Below, piece by piece: positions 1 through 11,161 of a stretch of 64,000 nucleotides of DNA. The notes beneath the pieces were generated by a model that had not been told where the DNA came from, made no database searches, and saw nothing but the letters and a program-made list of their open reading frames with translations. The DNA is from Raja brachyura. Lineage: Eukaryota. The stretch's first letter is position 1, and each line of letters opens with the position of its first letter. Where the stretch lies: the NCBI GenBank assembly GCA_963514005.1, contig OY740813.1, positions 14,942,001 to 15,006,000 on the forward strand, written 5' to 3'. A program made the position numbers and the translations under genes.

Positions 1-117
1 GAATGCGGAATTTAGTGTTACAGCATGGTAGTGTTATACTTACAAAGAGAAAGTTCAACGTCTGTAATGAGATTGGAATTACACCCTGACTTACAAGAGG
101 ACCGTTCGGTCGTCTGA

Positions 118-484
118 TGCCAGCACCTCACCCCCTACCTCCGCGCTGGCTGCAAGTCTGGGGCCGCCTCCGCTCCAGGGTGGCCCCGCACTGCCGGCCA
201 ACCCGGAGGGAAAGTCCAGGACTGCCAGCGGGACAGGCAGAGCTGAGCTGGTGCCAGCTCCTGCCCCCCCCCCCGCGCCAGCTGCAGGTCCGGGGCCACC
301 GACAGGACACCTGGGAGAGGACGGGGATGGCCCAGCAGCATCTCAACAGCGCTGGAGACCTGGGCCCGACCCCGACCATGGGCGAAACACAAGCTTGCAC
401 ACAACGCAGCACCACAGTTGCCAAGAATGTTTATAGCGAGTGACCTATGACCTGGGCATTCGCAGGCGGAATACCGAACTTGCT
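118..484 (-). mobile_element. Truncated copy (left arm) of the same TIR family, upstream of the FPGS promoter
   Basis: The reverse complement starts TA|AGCAAGTTCGGTATTCCGCCTGCGAATGCCCAGGTCATAGGTCACTCGCTATAAA and aligns to 16908-17167. Confidence 0.8.
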
Positions 485-659
485 TATTGTGAGGGCATCA
501 GGTTATGGGAAGAAGGCAGGAGAATGGGGTTGGGAGGAAAAGATCAATCAGTAATGACTGAATGGTGGAGTAGACTTGATGGGCCGAATGACTTAATTGT
601 GTAAGGGGACGAGGGTGGGGAAAACAATGAATTAAATGTGAGGATCCAGATGCATTGAG

Positions 660-1500
660 TTTCTATCAATGGGGGAGGGCGCTGCCAGCATCAAAGATGG
701 CGGGCATTGTTCGCCGCGCAGCTGCGTGCCAGCAGGCCTGGGGGTCAGAGGTGGCGATGAGCCACGTGTTGCTCGGTGCGGCTCACGATGGCGCGGCTCT
801 TCCGCGCGCTGGTGAAGGCGCTGAGGCGTCGAGTGAAGGCTGAAGAGAGGAGGAAAGGGGCGGCGCTCGGCGGCCCCAAGGACGCTTGGCCGGCCAGCTA
901 CAGCACGGCGCCGACCAAAGCCGCCCTGCACATCCCCGGCATGGATTACCAGGTGAGGCCGGTCGGCCCGCAGCCGCCGCCGCAGGGAAGCGGCCCGGCC
1001 TCCCGGTGGATGGGTCCGGGACCGCGGGCGGCGGGAGAATGTGCAGGGGAGGGAGACTGGGACTGGGAGACCTGATCAGGGGCCATGGGGACGTCCAGGG
1101 TCGGAGAAGGGAGACGGGACCCAGGAGAGGGTCCGGGCAGGGGGGCGGGGAACACGACCCACGCCGGGGCAGAGGGAGAGGGGGGGGGACGGTACCGAGA
1201 CCACCGGGCCTGAGTTGGCGGGAGTAGGGCCTTGCGGGAAAGTCTGAGGGAGTAATGTGGGGGGGAGTGGGGGCAAGAAGTTGGCTGGGTGCCGCAGACC
1301 TGTTGATATATTTTTTTTGGTGGGGGGGGGGGGGCAGGGGCAAAGGGGGTCAAGGTGGGTGCGAAGCTGCCCCGGGACAAAGCAGTAACTTTGTGCGGAT
1401 GAGCTCCGGAACCCGCGCTTTCCCGCCGAGCGGCTTTGAGCGCGGCGCCAGCAGCCGGACCGCGGGGCAGCTGCTCCTCTTCAACCCCCCCTGACAACTC
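660..1500. promoter_or_regulatory. CpG island / FPGS promoter, exon 1 and G-rich start of intron 1
   Basis: Very GC- and CpG-rich stretch. Contains a YY1-type AAGATGGCGG at 694-703, an E-box CACGTG at 763-768 and many G-tracts at 1020-1360. Confidence 0.8.
788..952 (+). CDS. FPGS: FPGS exon 1: mitochondrial leader from ATG 788; cytosolic ATG at 941 (MDYQ)
   Basis: MARLFRALVKALRRRVK... is an Arg-rich leader, followed by GMDYQ|gtgagg, matching human MEYQ at the exon 1 end. Confidence 0.92.
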
Positions 1501-3044
1501 CCCATGACCTGCAGAGGAAGGAGTTCCGACAGGTGGTCTGGAGACAGACCTTATATCGCAGTAAACTTTTTATTAAAGTGCGGTTAACAGCTTTTTGCAA
1601 CAGTGGGTGGATCCTTGTTTCACATTGCGTACTCCATACAGGTGAGTTGCTTTGGGACGGGCTCCAAAGTCATTTTCCATGTCTCTATGGCAATTGTTCC
1701 TTCTATCCTTCCCTTGAGAAGTAGACATTATACTTTATCAGCTGGCTGCTGGCGGGTGCCAAGTATAGATAGTAACGTGGAGACTAAAGGAACAGCAGGT
1801 GCTGGTTTAAAAAAAACAGTACAGGAGTAACTTAGCGGGTCAGGCAGCATCTCTGGAGAACATGGATAAGCGATGTTTCGGGTTGGGACTCTCCTGATTC
1901 TAAATAGTTAGCATTGTCAGTTCCCCGTGAGATAAAACGGAAATAAATTCCTCGAACTTGCTTGAGAACAATATTTTATAATCCCGTTCCATGCTGTATT
2001 TTTGACTTCTGATAACCGCACATGTTAGAAACAGCTTGCATAAATAGTAATCATATTCATTAAGGCATCACCTACCAAAGAGAACATCACACAGAGCAAG
2101 AAGCAGAGACAAAGATTGGTCAGTGAGAACATTGAATTCTCCAATTTTAGGTAACTAACCTACACCATTCCTGCTTCTCTTTCTCCCCCCCCCCCCCTTT
2201 TTCCTCACCTGGATGCCCATCCCTTTCCACTTCCACCTATATTCCTTACTCTGGCTTCACAATTCACCCTTCTTCTATCCTTATCTCACGCTTTTGTCTT
2301 TTCATCTGCCGATTTCCCCCCCCCCCCCCCCCCCCATAATCATACAGTAGTTCAAGGCTGGATAAAAATCCATACACCTGATTGTGGATGTGTTTCGTTA
2401 CAGTGAAGGTCATGGAAATGCTGATAGCCTAGCTCCATGGTTGCCCTTTGATCCTCTCGCTCTGTCTGATTCTTAATGTCTATTATCCCTGCTTTGCAGT
2501 GAGGATTACTGAATGTTGATGAACAGTGATTATTAGCCAATTCCCATGTTAATTTAATACACAGCAGTGGTGAGCCCACGTCTGTCAGTGATTTTTACAT
2601 GACGACATTAAAGATTGCACTTCAAAAATATTTAGATGAATGTATTTTTAACCACTTGTTTTTCTTCATGTTCTGGAGTTCAGGAGTCTGACAGATGGCA
2701 TACCTGCTTTGGCAGTGGCAACTTGCATTTGGGATATTTTGTTCCTGAGAGTTATTTTAGATATCGGATCCACTTAGATTATTATTACAGAGCTCCTGTG
2801 AAAAAACTTTTTTGCGTGCTATCATCTACATCATACCATACATACATGAGTACAACGGGTATTGCAAAATAAAAAATAAACAGAGTGTAGAATATAGCAT
2901 TGCATCAACAGAAAGTGCAGATAAAGGAAAGGTGCAAGGGCTGCAACAGGCTGGATTGAGATATCAAGAATTTACCTTTTTTGTATGATTCCATTGAACA
3001 TGAACAACACAGAGATTGCTTACTTTGAATATGTTGTATTCTAG

Positions 3045-3179
3045 GATGCAGTCCAGGCTCTGAACACCTTGCAGACCAATGCCAGCACTCTGGAGCAGAT
3101 CCGCCGGGATCGGGAGCGTGGTCAAACACAGGGCACGTTGGAAGCAATGAAATCCTTCGTACGTCGAGCTGGCATGACG
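3045..3179 (+). CDS. FPGS: FPGS exon 2
   Basis: ctag|DAVQALNTLQTNASTLEQIRRDRERGQTQGTLEAMKSFVRRAGMT|gtaaaa. Confidence 0.95.
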
Positions 3180-4224
3180 GTAAAAAGAATTAAACATTGA
3201 GAGATTAGTGAAAATTGCATTGATATGTTAGTACTAATATATCACACTGCCAGTCACTGGGAACATTCAAACCTATGGTCTGTGGTTGGGGTGCAGAGAT
3301 TAAGCAGCTGAATCCATCTTGCTGATTTTGCATGTTGATGGCAGCTACTTGGAACAAAGCAACATGTGTTGTGGAAAGGCGAGAGAACGGAGATAGTAAG
3401 CAATGTCTGGGACCATAGTCAGGGCAATGGTCTTAGTGACTGTTGATGTTTCAAGAGGGGAGAATTAACCAGAGTTTCCTGCTTCTCATTGGTGTTCAGT
3501 TACACCTGCAGGAATATTATGTGCGAAATGGTTGGGTTTATATCTTTGCCCTTATTTAAATTGTAGACACTGGTTATAGACTTATTGTGTTCATCTTCAA
3601 ATTGCATATGAATTCTATCATATCGTGGGCACTACCCCATTGGGGATATTTAACCACATAATCTCTTAATAAGATCAAATCTGAAGTACCATTCCAGGGT
3701 AGGCTCTGCAATGTACTGCTCTAAAAAGCAAACCTTCATACATTCAAGAGAGATATAGCTCTCAGGACTATTGAATCAAAGGATATGGGGAGAGAGCAGA
3801 AATGGGGTACTGATTTTGGATGATCAGCCATGATCATATTGAAAGGGTGGTGCTGGCTCGAAGGGCCAAATGGGCTACTCCTGCACCTATTTTCTATGTT
3901 TCTATTACACAAATGCTTCTACTGTACCTTTGCCAGTTTGATTTGTCCAATCATTATGTAGAATAACATTTCCCATGATATTGCAGTTCCTTTCAAACAT
4001 AACCTTGATATTTCCCTATTTATGAGAAACGGATGTATTGAGAGGCAGTTTTGGGGCTCCATCAACTATTCCCAACCGTATTCTGCTTTATACAATTTCA
4101 ACCCAAGTCTATCCCACAGCCTCTCTATCACAAATCAAGCCATCCAGTACCTACCTAATTTTGTCTGTTCCTTTGGAAGTGTATAACTTTGGAACAGTGT
4201 ATAACCTGTGTCTTGTGTTGGCAG

Positions 4225-4278
4225 ATCGAGGAACTGGACCAGCTTGCCATCATTCATGTGACTGGGACAAAGGGAAAG
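4225..4278 (+). CDS. FPGS: FPGS exon 3 (P-loop start)
   Basis: gcag|IEELDQLAIIHVTGTKGK|gtcagt. Confidence 0.97.
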
Positions 4279-4953
4279 GTCAGTTCTTAACAGGAGCACC
4301 ATAAATACAATTTCACATCATTCAGTCAATGTTTTGTGTTTACATGATCTGGAACTCACTGAAGTTTTAATTGACCTGATGATCCTGATACAAAACTAAC
4401 TCGGGGGCTCAAACTGCTTGATTTATCTCTCACTTAAACATTTAGATCTTGTGTTTTCCCTTACTGAAGGGATCGGTGCAAGAATGTGCTCGAGGAATTG
4501 GTAAGGTGGGGAGAGGTAAGGAAGGCCCTCCTGAATGCATCCTCAAGCTAATTTGCTAAGTGGCAAAGTCTTGGAAGTTTGGAGGTTTGCAACCCAACCC
4601 CATGGGTGAGCCTTATTGGAAGAAGGGCTGTAGTTCAGCTGAGCTGAATGGAGATGTGGTTGAGATGAACTGCAGAAGGAAATGAGAAAACAGCCCTTTT
4701 AAAAGACCATCCACTCTCCCTTTGGGAAATGCCTGGACAGAAGGTGAAGGGGAAGTGGCTTTAACCCCTGCTGTTGTTTGTCCACTGTTATTTGATCGCT
4801 GGGATTATTATTTACAGGTGGGACCTGCATCTTTGTGTCAATGCCCAGATGATATTCTGCAGATCACTTATGGAAGTTAATGATCCACACTTGTTGTTTT
4901 GTGTATGTAGTTGTCAATCCTTTGGTGACTTGATTTTCCTTGGCTTATGACAG

Positions 4954-5018
4954 GGTTCCACGTGTGCATTTTGTGAAAATATATTACGTAATTATGGATT
5001 GAAGACTGGATTTTACAG
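4954..5018 (+). CDS. FPGS: FPGS exon 4
   Basis: acag|GSTCAFCENILRNYGLKTGFY(S)|gtaaga. Confidence 0.97.
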
Positions 5019-6545
5019 GTAAGATTAGATTTGTTTTGATCTTGTTCCTCTTGAAATGTTTAATCCTAAAAGTTTCCAGGTTATATAGAGGGGCTTGTTG
5101 TAGTCTTTACTAAGGCATTTGTACTAGGTAATTTCATCACTTCTGGTATTCCACATTCCTGCACGTAAGCACTTGATCATGGTAACATTAGGTAAAATGT
5201 GTACCATTGCCACTGCCAGTTAATAAACGTATCCTATGATGTAGTTTAACCAAGTCATAGGGCAGCACAGAAACAGGCCCTTCGGCCCACTTTGTTGGCA
5301 TAGTGACCATTAGTCCCATTTGCCTGTGATTGGCCCCTATCCCTCTAAACCATTCTAATATATATATATAGCTGTCTGTTTTTTAGGGCAATTAACAACA
5401 ATATGTTCATAAAAGCAACATTTTAAAACCACTTTTAATATTAAAATTAAAATTATTTGTACATGGTCAAATGTTTCTCTGGAAATTGGCCTTGACAATC
5501 TCAATTGGTGTAGGAAGCCGATGCACTCGTATTGGATATGGTGAGGAGCAGACATTAGAAGGGATTAAGGTGATTCATGATGGCGGTACAGAGGCACCAT
5601 TACAGCTGGCTTTAAGACTGAACCCTGTTTATAATGAATCCAGGATGACAGAAAGTGGAGTGTCCCCACTCTACAATGCTGCCGGTGAACAGATCATTAT
5701 CTCATCATTAATGAGAAACACGAGCTGACATGGCTACAGAAGCTGTTTGTTTCATGAATGATGCATTGGTTCGTTCATCATCACGCGTCTGGTGCTGGTT
5801 GGCAGGCAGGGTTAGAGCAATGCTTGTTTCTAGATTAGAATAATTGTGTTGCTTGTGGCTGTAATTAGTTTGAACAATGGATTCTTTCTACTTTATTGAT
5901 GATGGAAAGTCACTGTCATGCTTTGTGCCAATTTTCTATTACACATTGGTATATATTTTGAAAGAATCACAAGGCAGTAATTAATAATAAAACATACATA
6001 CGCTTCCTTTTTTAAAGTCCCTTTTCCTCCTTTTATGTTTGTTTCATTCCTCCATTCATAACATCTTCCCTTGATGTAATTATGACTACTTTGCTCTTGC
6101 TATCTGGATTTTGTGTTTATGTTATACCTCCATGCCCCAGCCGTACCATTCTCTTTCCCTGGTCCATGGTTTTTCTACTCTGGTTCTTGTGAGGGAGGTG
6201 CTATCTTTCAGGTTTCACATTAGACCAAGGCTGCTTTTACTCGGGAGGATCCACGGCATTTTCAAGAAAAGCAAAGACGTTGTCCAGAAACCTGACCAAT
6301 AACTATCCCATAACCCGTAACACAGTAGCAGGTTTAGGTCATTAGGTGCTGCTATTTGTTGGAGCTTGACATGCAATAACTGGTTGTTCCATTTCCTCAA
6401 CAGCAGTAATGACAAATTTGCTCTGAAACATAGGGAAAAGGTGCAATCAAGTTGCAGGTCTGGTTCAGTGCTTTTGGTTTGTATACATGAGCATTCTTAC
6501 TGCGTTCTTTACTATTTACCTGTTATAATCATCTCTTATAAACAG

Positions 6546-6660
6546 TTCCCCACACCTTGTACAAGTGAGGGAGAGAATTCGGATCAACGGCAAACCAATC
6601 AGCAAAGATCTCTTTACAAAGTACTTCTGGCAAGTGTATAACCGATTGGAAGAAACAAAG
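6546..6660 (+). CDS. FPGS: FPGS exon 5
   Basis: acag|SPHLVQVRERIRINGKPISKDLFTKYFWQVYNRLEETK|gtaaga. Confidence 0.97.
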
Positions 6661-7316
6661 GTAAGAGGTCATCTTTCGTCTGGGTATTTTCTGTTTGTTT
6701 TTTTGCAGTCTTTCTGCAAGCATTAACCTTTGTCACAATATTTGTGATATGAAAAAATGCTTCTGGATCTGTACGGTGTGCACTGTGATGATTGGCGGTA
6801 GCATATACTCCCCCAATGAGAAACCTTGGCTTCCTTTTTCTATTTTCACATGTTTGGCTTCTAACTGTGTTTTGAAAGTACTTCCAGTTTGATAAGGTAG
6901 AACGTGAGTGGATCTTGATCCAGTGATGATGAAAACATTAGCAATTTATTAGTTCGGTATTGGGATGATTTGAATAGTCAGTGAGTTTTCCCATGCATCG
7001 GTAGTTCTTTTACATTGAAGAGGTGTTATAGTTTGTGTAAATTGTCACATTGACCATCTTGTTGTCGATACATTACATGAAGACCGGGTGACATTTTCCT
7101 TTGTGGAATACGTCTTTAATGCTTGTGATTTCCTGATTTGACTCGCAGAATGTAATTTGCACACACAAGAATTTTGTGGTGTTGCAGCGATAAAGGTTGA
7201 AATGGAGGCCCTGGAATAAATCACTTTGGAATTCTCCAGAAGCAGGATATGAACCAATACTAAATGGTCTTTTTTTTTCACCCCACCCTTCCCTCTTGTC
7301 TGGATGTCCTCCACAG

Positions 7317-7394
7317 GACCGTGACTCCGGGGCCATGCCTGCGTACTTCCGTTTCCTCACCATTCTTGCCTTCCACATTTTCCTGCATGAAAAG
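7317..7394 (+). CDS. FPGS: FPGS exon 6
   Basis: acag|DRDSGAMPAYFRFLTILAFHIFLHEK|gtaagg. Confidence 0.97.
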
Positions 7395-7501
7395 GTAAGG
7401 TATTGAGTTGGGTGAGTAGTCTTGAGATCTGCCCATTATGTGACTAATATTTATAATTAAAAGAACACAATTTTCAAGTATTATTTCTCATGTTTCTTCA
7501 G

Positions 7502-7563
7502 ATTGATGTTGCAATATTAGAGGTCGGAATTGGTGGAGCTTATGATTGTACCAATATAATCAG
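7502..7563 (+). CDS. FPGS: FPGS exon 7
   Basis: tcag|IDVAILEVGIGGAYDCTNII(R)|gtaata. Confidence 0.97.
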
Positions 7564-7624
7564 GTAATAGATTTCAGTTTGCTCGGGGATGTGTCTGTGA
7601 TGTCCAATTTCATCTGTGTTTAAT

Positions 7625-7880
7625 TTAGAGTCACAGCGTGGAAACAGGCTGCCCGGCCCACTGAATCCATGCCCATACACTTATTCAATCCTAAATACTA
7701 GGGGCAACTTACAGAAGCCAGTTAACCTACAAACCTTTGGTATGTGGGAGGAAACCGGAGCACCAGAAGAAAACCCACATGGTCACAGGAAGAGGTACAA
7801 ACTCCTTACAGATAGCACCAATAGTCAGGATCGAACTCGGGTCTCTGGCGCTGCAAGGCAGCAACTGTGCTGCCCCGGTG
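7625..7880 (-). mobile_element. tRNA-derived V-SINE (HE1-like)
   Basis: Reverse-complement B-box (gagttcgatcc), V-domain ggtgctccggtttcctcccaca, CR1-like tail. Confidence 0.8.
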
Positions 7881-7992
7881 GTCCTCCTCATTTTCACCAA
7901 ATATTGCAGATCTAAGTATGGCTGTGTCTGATATTTAGTCGCCTTCATTCACCCTGTGATATTCTCCTTGTCTGTTTGTTTGAATTGTACAG

Positions 7993-8095
7993 GCGTCCCG
8001 TAGTGTGTGGAGTGTCATCACTAGGAATAGATCACGTCAGTATTCTGGGCGACACCATGGAGAAAATAGCATGGCAGAAAGGAGGAATATTCAAG
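7993..8095 (+). CDS. FPGS: FPGS exon 8
   Basis: acag|[34 protein letters not shown]|gtaaaa. Confidence 0.97.
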
Positions 8096-8373
8096 GTAAA
8101 AGGAAGCTGCTGCCAGGCCTGATCTAACAAGTGGACTGTAAATACCTTGAATGTAAGCGTCATATCTCCAGCCCTGTCCTGCTCACACTGTGGCCTGACA
8201 GGATTGGGCACTCAAGAGCTCTCTTTTTGAAAGCTGGGAATCTCTCCTACTGAACACTATTCATTCAAAATGTTTTTTAAAAATCTGTTTGAATTTATTG
8301 GATGTTTGCCCTTTTGACTCTTCAAAAATATTTTGGCATGGATCAATTTGACATGTAAATGCAGTTTTTTACA

Positions 8374-8654
8374 TTAGAGTTACAGCGTGGAAACAGGCCC
8401 TTTGGCCCACTGATTCATCCCTGACCAGCGATCACCCCGTACATTAGCACTATCCTACAACACTAGGAGCAATTTACAATTTTACAGACGCAAATTAACC
8501 TGTAGGTCTTTGAAGTGTGGGAAGAAATCGGACCACGCGGAGAAACTCCAGGTGGGCAGAAGGAGAACCTACAGACTCCGTACAAACAATACCCGTAATC
8601 AGGATTGAACCCGGGTTGCTAGTGCTGTAATCTACAGCTGCTCCACAGTGCTGC
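8374..8654 (-). mobile_element. tRNA-derived V-SINE (HE1-like)
   Basis: Same family as 7625-7880. Confidence 0.8.
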
Positions 8655-8755
8655 TCATTTCCATCTTTGTGTGGCACTTTGCACCTCTGGCATTGCTTAG
8701 TAACACCAATCTCCACTTCTGTGGTGAACTGTCTAGTTTTCATTCTGTTTTCCAG

Positions 8756-8833
8756 CCGGGAGTCCCAGCATTCTCAGTGCCACAGCCCAGTGGACCAATG
8801 GCTGTCCTCGTTGAAAGAGCAAAAGAGATTGGA
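8756..8833 (+). CDS. FPGS: FPGS exon 9
   Basis: ccag|PGVPAFSVPQPSGPMAVLVERAKEIG|gtaagt. Confidence 0.96.
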
Positions 8834-8944
8834 GTAAGTTATATTGGAGTGGTTGCGAATGGAGTATTCCTGTCTTACTGATCATTTGAAAGGGCTGGAT
8901 TTACTGTCCAGTTCCATTTGCCTTTTGGGAAGACAGTGTTCCCA

Positions 8945-9530
8945 CAGTGCTAGGACCCTGGGGAGTGTACATAGGTAGATAGGATGGTCAAGAAGGCAAT
9001 TGATACATTGCCCTTCATCAGTCAGGGTATTGCGTCTAGAGGTTGGGATGTTACGTTACAGTTGTATAATACTTTTGGCCGCTTTTGGAGTATTGTGTTG
9101 AGGTTTGGTTACCCTGCTATAGGAAGGGTGTCATTAAGCTGGAAAGAGAGCAGAGAAGATGTTGCCAGATCTCAAGAGCTTGAGGTATAGAGTGAGGCTA
9201 GGCCAGCTAGGAATTTATGTGCAGGAGGCTGAGGGGTGAACTTGTAGAGGTGTATTAGATCATGATAGGCAATAGATAGGATGAATGCACAGCTTTAAGG
9301 TAAGAGGTGACAGTTTTAATAGGAACCCGAGGGGACTTTTTCACATGGTGGGTCGTGGGTATATGGAACAAGCTGTCAGAGGAGGTAGTTGAGGCAGGTA
9401 CAATTACCACATTTAAAAGACATTTAGCCAGATAGGAAAGGTGTAGAGAGATATGGGACTAAATGGGCATCTTGGTCAGATTGGACAAGTTAGGTCAAAG
9501 GGCCTGTTTTGGTACTGTATGACTCGAGTA
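8945..9530 (+). mobile_element. CR1 3' fragment
   Basis: Degenerate ORF2 end and CR1 3' UTR ending ...gggcctgtttt...ctgtatgactc; boundaries approximate. Confidence 0.8.
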
Positions 9531-10639
9531 CTATTGGGTAGGGATTTACATATTTAGATCCAGAGTTGATGAAGAAAGGACAGTATATTTTCAATTGAAA
9601 ATAGCGTGCACGTTGGAAGAGAACTAGGTGTAGGTGTTCCCATTGTTGTTCATCTTGGTAGTAAGGTTTGGGAGGTGCTGTCAGGCCTGAGTGTAATCGC
9701 AGTGTACTTGGAATGATATACACTGTGGATACAATGGGTGTTCTGGGCATTGGAATGGCAGAAAGCTGTGAGTGGTTAGCTCAGCATGCATACAGGCAAG
9801 TGGAACATTCTACATTGTGCTCTTGCTTGTGTCTTGTGTATGGCTGAAAGGTCTATGAATGTCAGAAGGCCAGTCACTCAGAACAAGATACCCAGCCTCT
9901 AACGTAACCTCATAGCCACAGTATTATTGTGGCTGCTTCAGTTGTCGAAGGTACCTATTATTGCTCTATGAGGGTCACTATTAATCAAAATTATTAGTGA
10001 CCCTCAAGATACTTATGGTGAGGGACTGAAGGTCAAGGATGGGTAGCTGGACTCCCCATTGTTGGAAGTGTCCACTGCCTGGTAATTTGGTGACACGAAT
10101 CCTATTGCCTGGAAGCATAGGCTGCTACATTAACTGAGATGTGGTGAATGGAATTGAACATTATAGTCATCGGGGAACACCCTACTATGGTGCTTCCACA
10201 ACTGAAGATGGCATCACCTTGTGCGGAGATCTCTGCATATCATTACACAACAAAGATGCATGTCTCTTAGAATTAAAAAATATATATATTTTATCCTGTT
10301 CCTAAGTTATTACTTGAGGCTGTCGAAGGTACCTATTATTTCTCTATGGTGGGTCCAGGCATAAAGGTTACATTACCATGGGTTCAACCTCATATAGTCT
10401 GCTGCATTGGCGTGGCATAGTATTCTATTCATTTAATCATAGCATTTACAGATTTCAGGAGGAATGGATAAACCTCCAACCTTGTTTCCCCTGATCAGGT
10501 TGCTGAAGCCATTCTGTTAATATACACTTGACCGGTGTTCCTCATTTCCTGGCTGTACCTCAGGCTGGACTCTAGTTCGTGCTTCATGCCATGTTCACTG
10601 GACACAGCTTTTGCCTCAATGGTTTGTGTGCTCACTGAG

Positions 10640-10880
10640 TCGGAACGGAATTTTGTGCCAAAGCTTTGAGCACAAAGATCTAGACGTGCTCTAGTGTGGC
10701 GCGGAAAAAGGTGCTGTCTCTCAGATGAAATGTTTTTATCAGGCCCTTGTTTCATCTCGGGTGGAAATCTGATATTTCAACAATTTTTCCCCACATATTC
10801 AATGTTACATAAAAGCAATCTGGCTATTTTTTCATATGCTGGTTGTCTGTAGCTTCTACATTACAATAGTGAATTCCACC
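10640..10880 (+). mobile_element. Old Deu-domain SINE relic
   Basis: ttgagcacaaagatctag...ggtgctgtctctcagatgaaatgtt...ctacattacaatagtg resembles the Deu domain. Confidence 0.45.
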
Positions 10881-11013
10881 TTCCACCTACCACCTCACCT
10901 GATTGCCATCTTAAACCTGACAATCAGTGGTGATGTTTGGTCACAAGAGCTGAGACTAATTGGGATGCAATCACTATGAACATTGACGTCCTCCTGAATT
11001 CTTCTGTCCTCAG

Positions 11014-11161
11014 TGTTCTCTGCAGCTATGCTCAGATCTGGAGGACTTCCAGTTTGAGAGGGAGAAGCTGACCTTGGGTTTGGCCGGAAACCACCAGAAG
11101 TTAAATGCATCGCTGGCGTTGCAGCTATGTCGGGAGTGGCTCCAGTATCATCACCACCCAG
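11014..11161 (+). CDS. FPGS: FPGS exon 10
   Basis: tcag|CSLQLCSDLEDFQFEREKLTLGLAGNHQKLNASLALQLCREWLQYHHHP|gttagt; 148 nt. Confidence 0.93.

Noticed and set aside
117-1497. Many overlapping 60-190 aa ORFs on both strands
   Set aside because: Stop-poor GC-rich DNA (TIR relic and CpG island). Only FPGS exon 1 and the uORF have support.
7800-7880. tRNA gene
   Set aside because: The A/B-box-like sequence is the head of a V-SINE, not a cloverleaf; the same applies to the other SINE copies.
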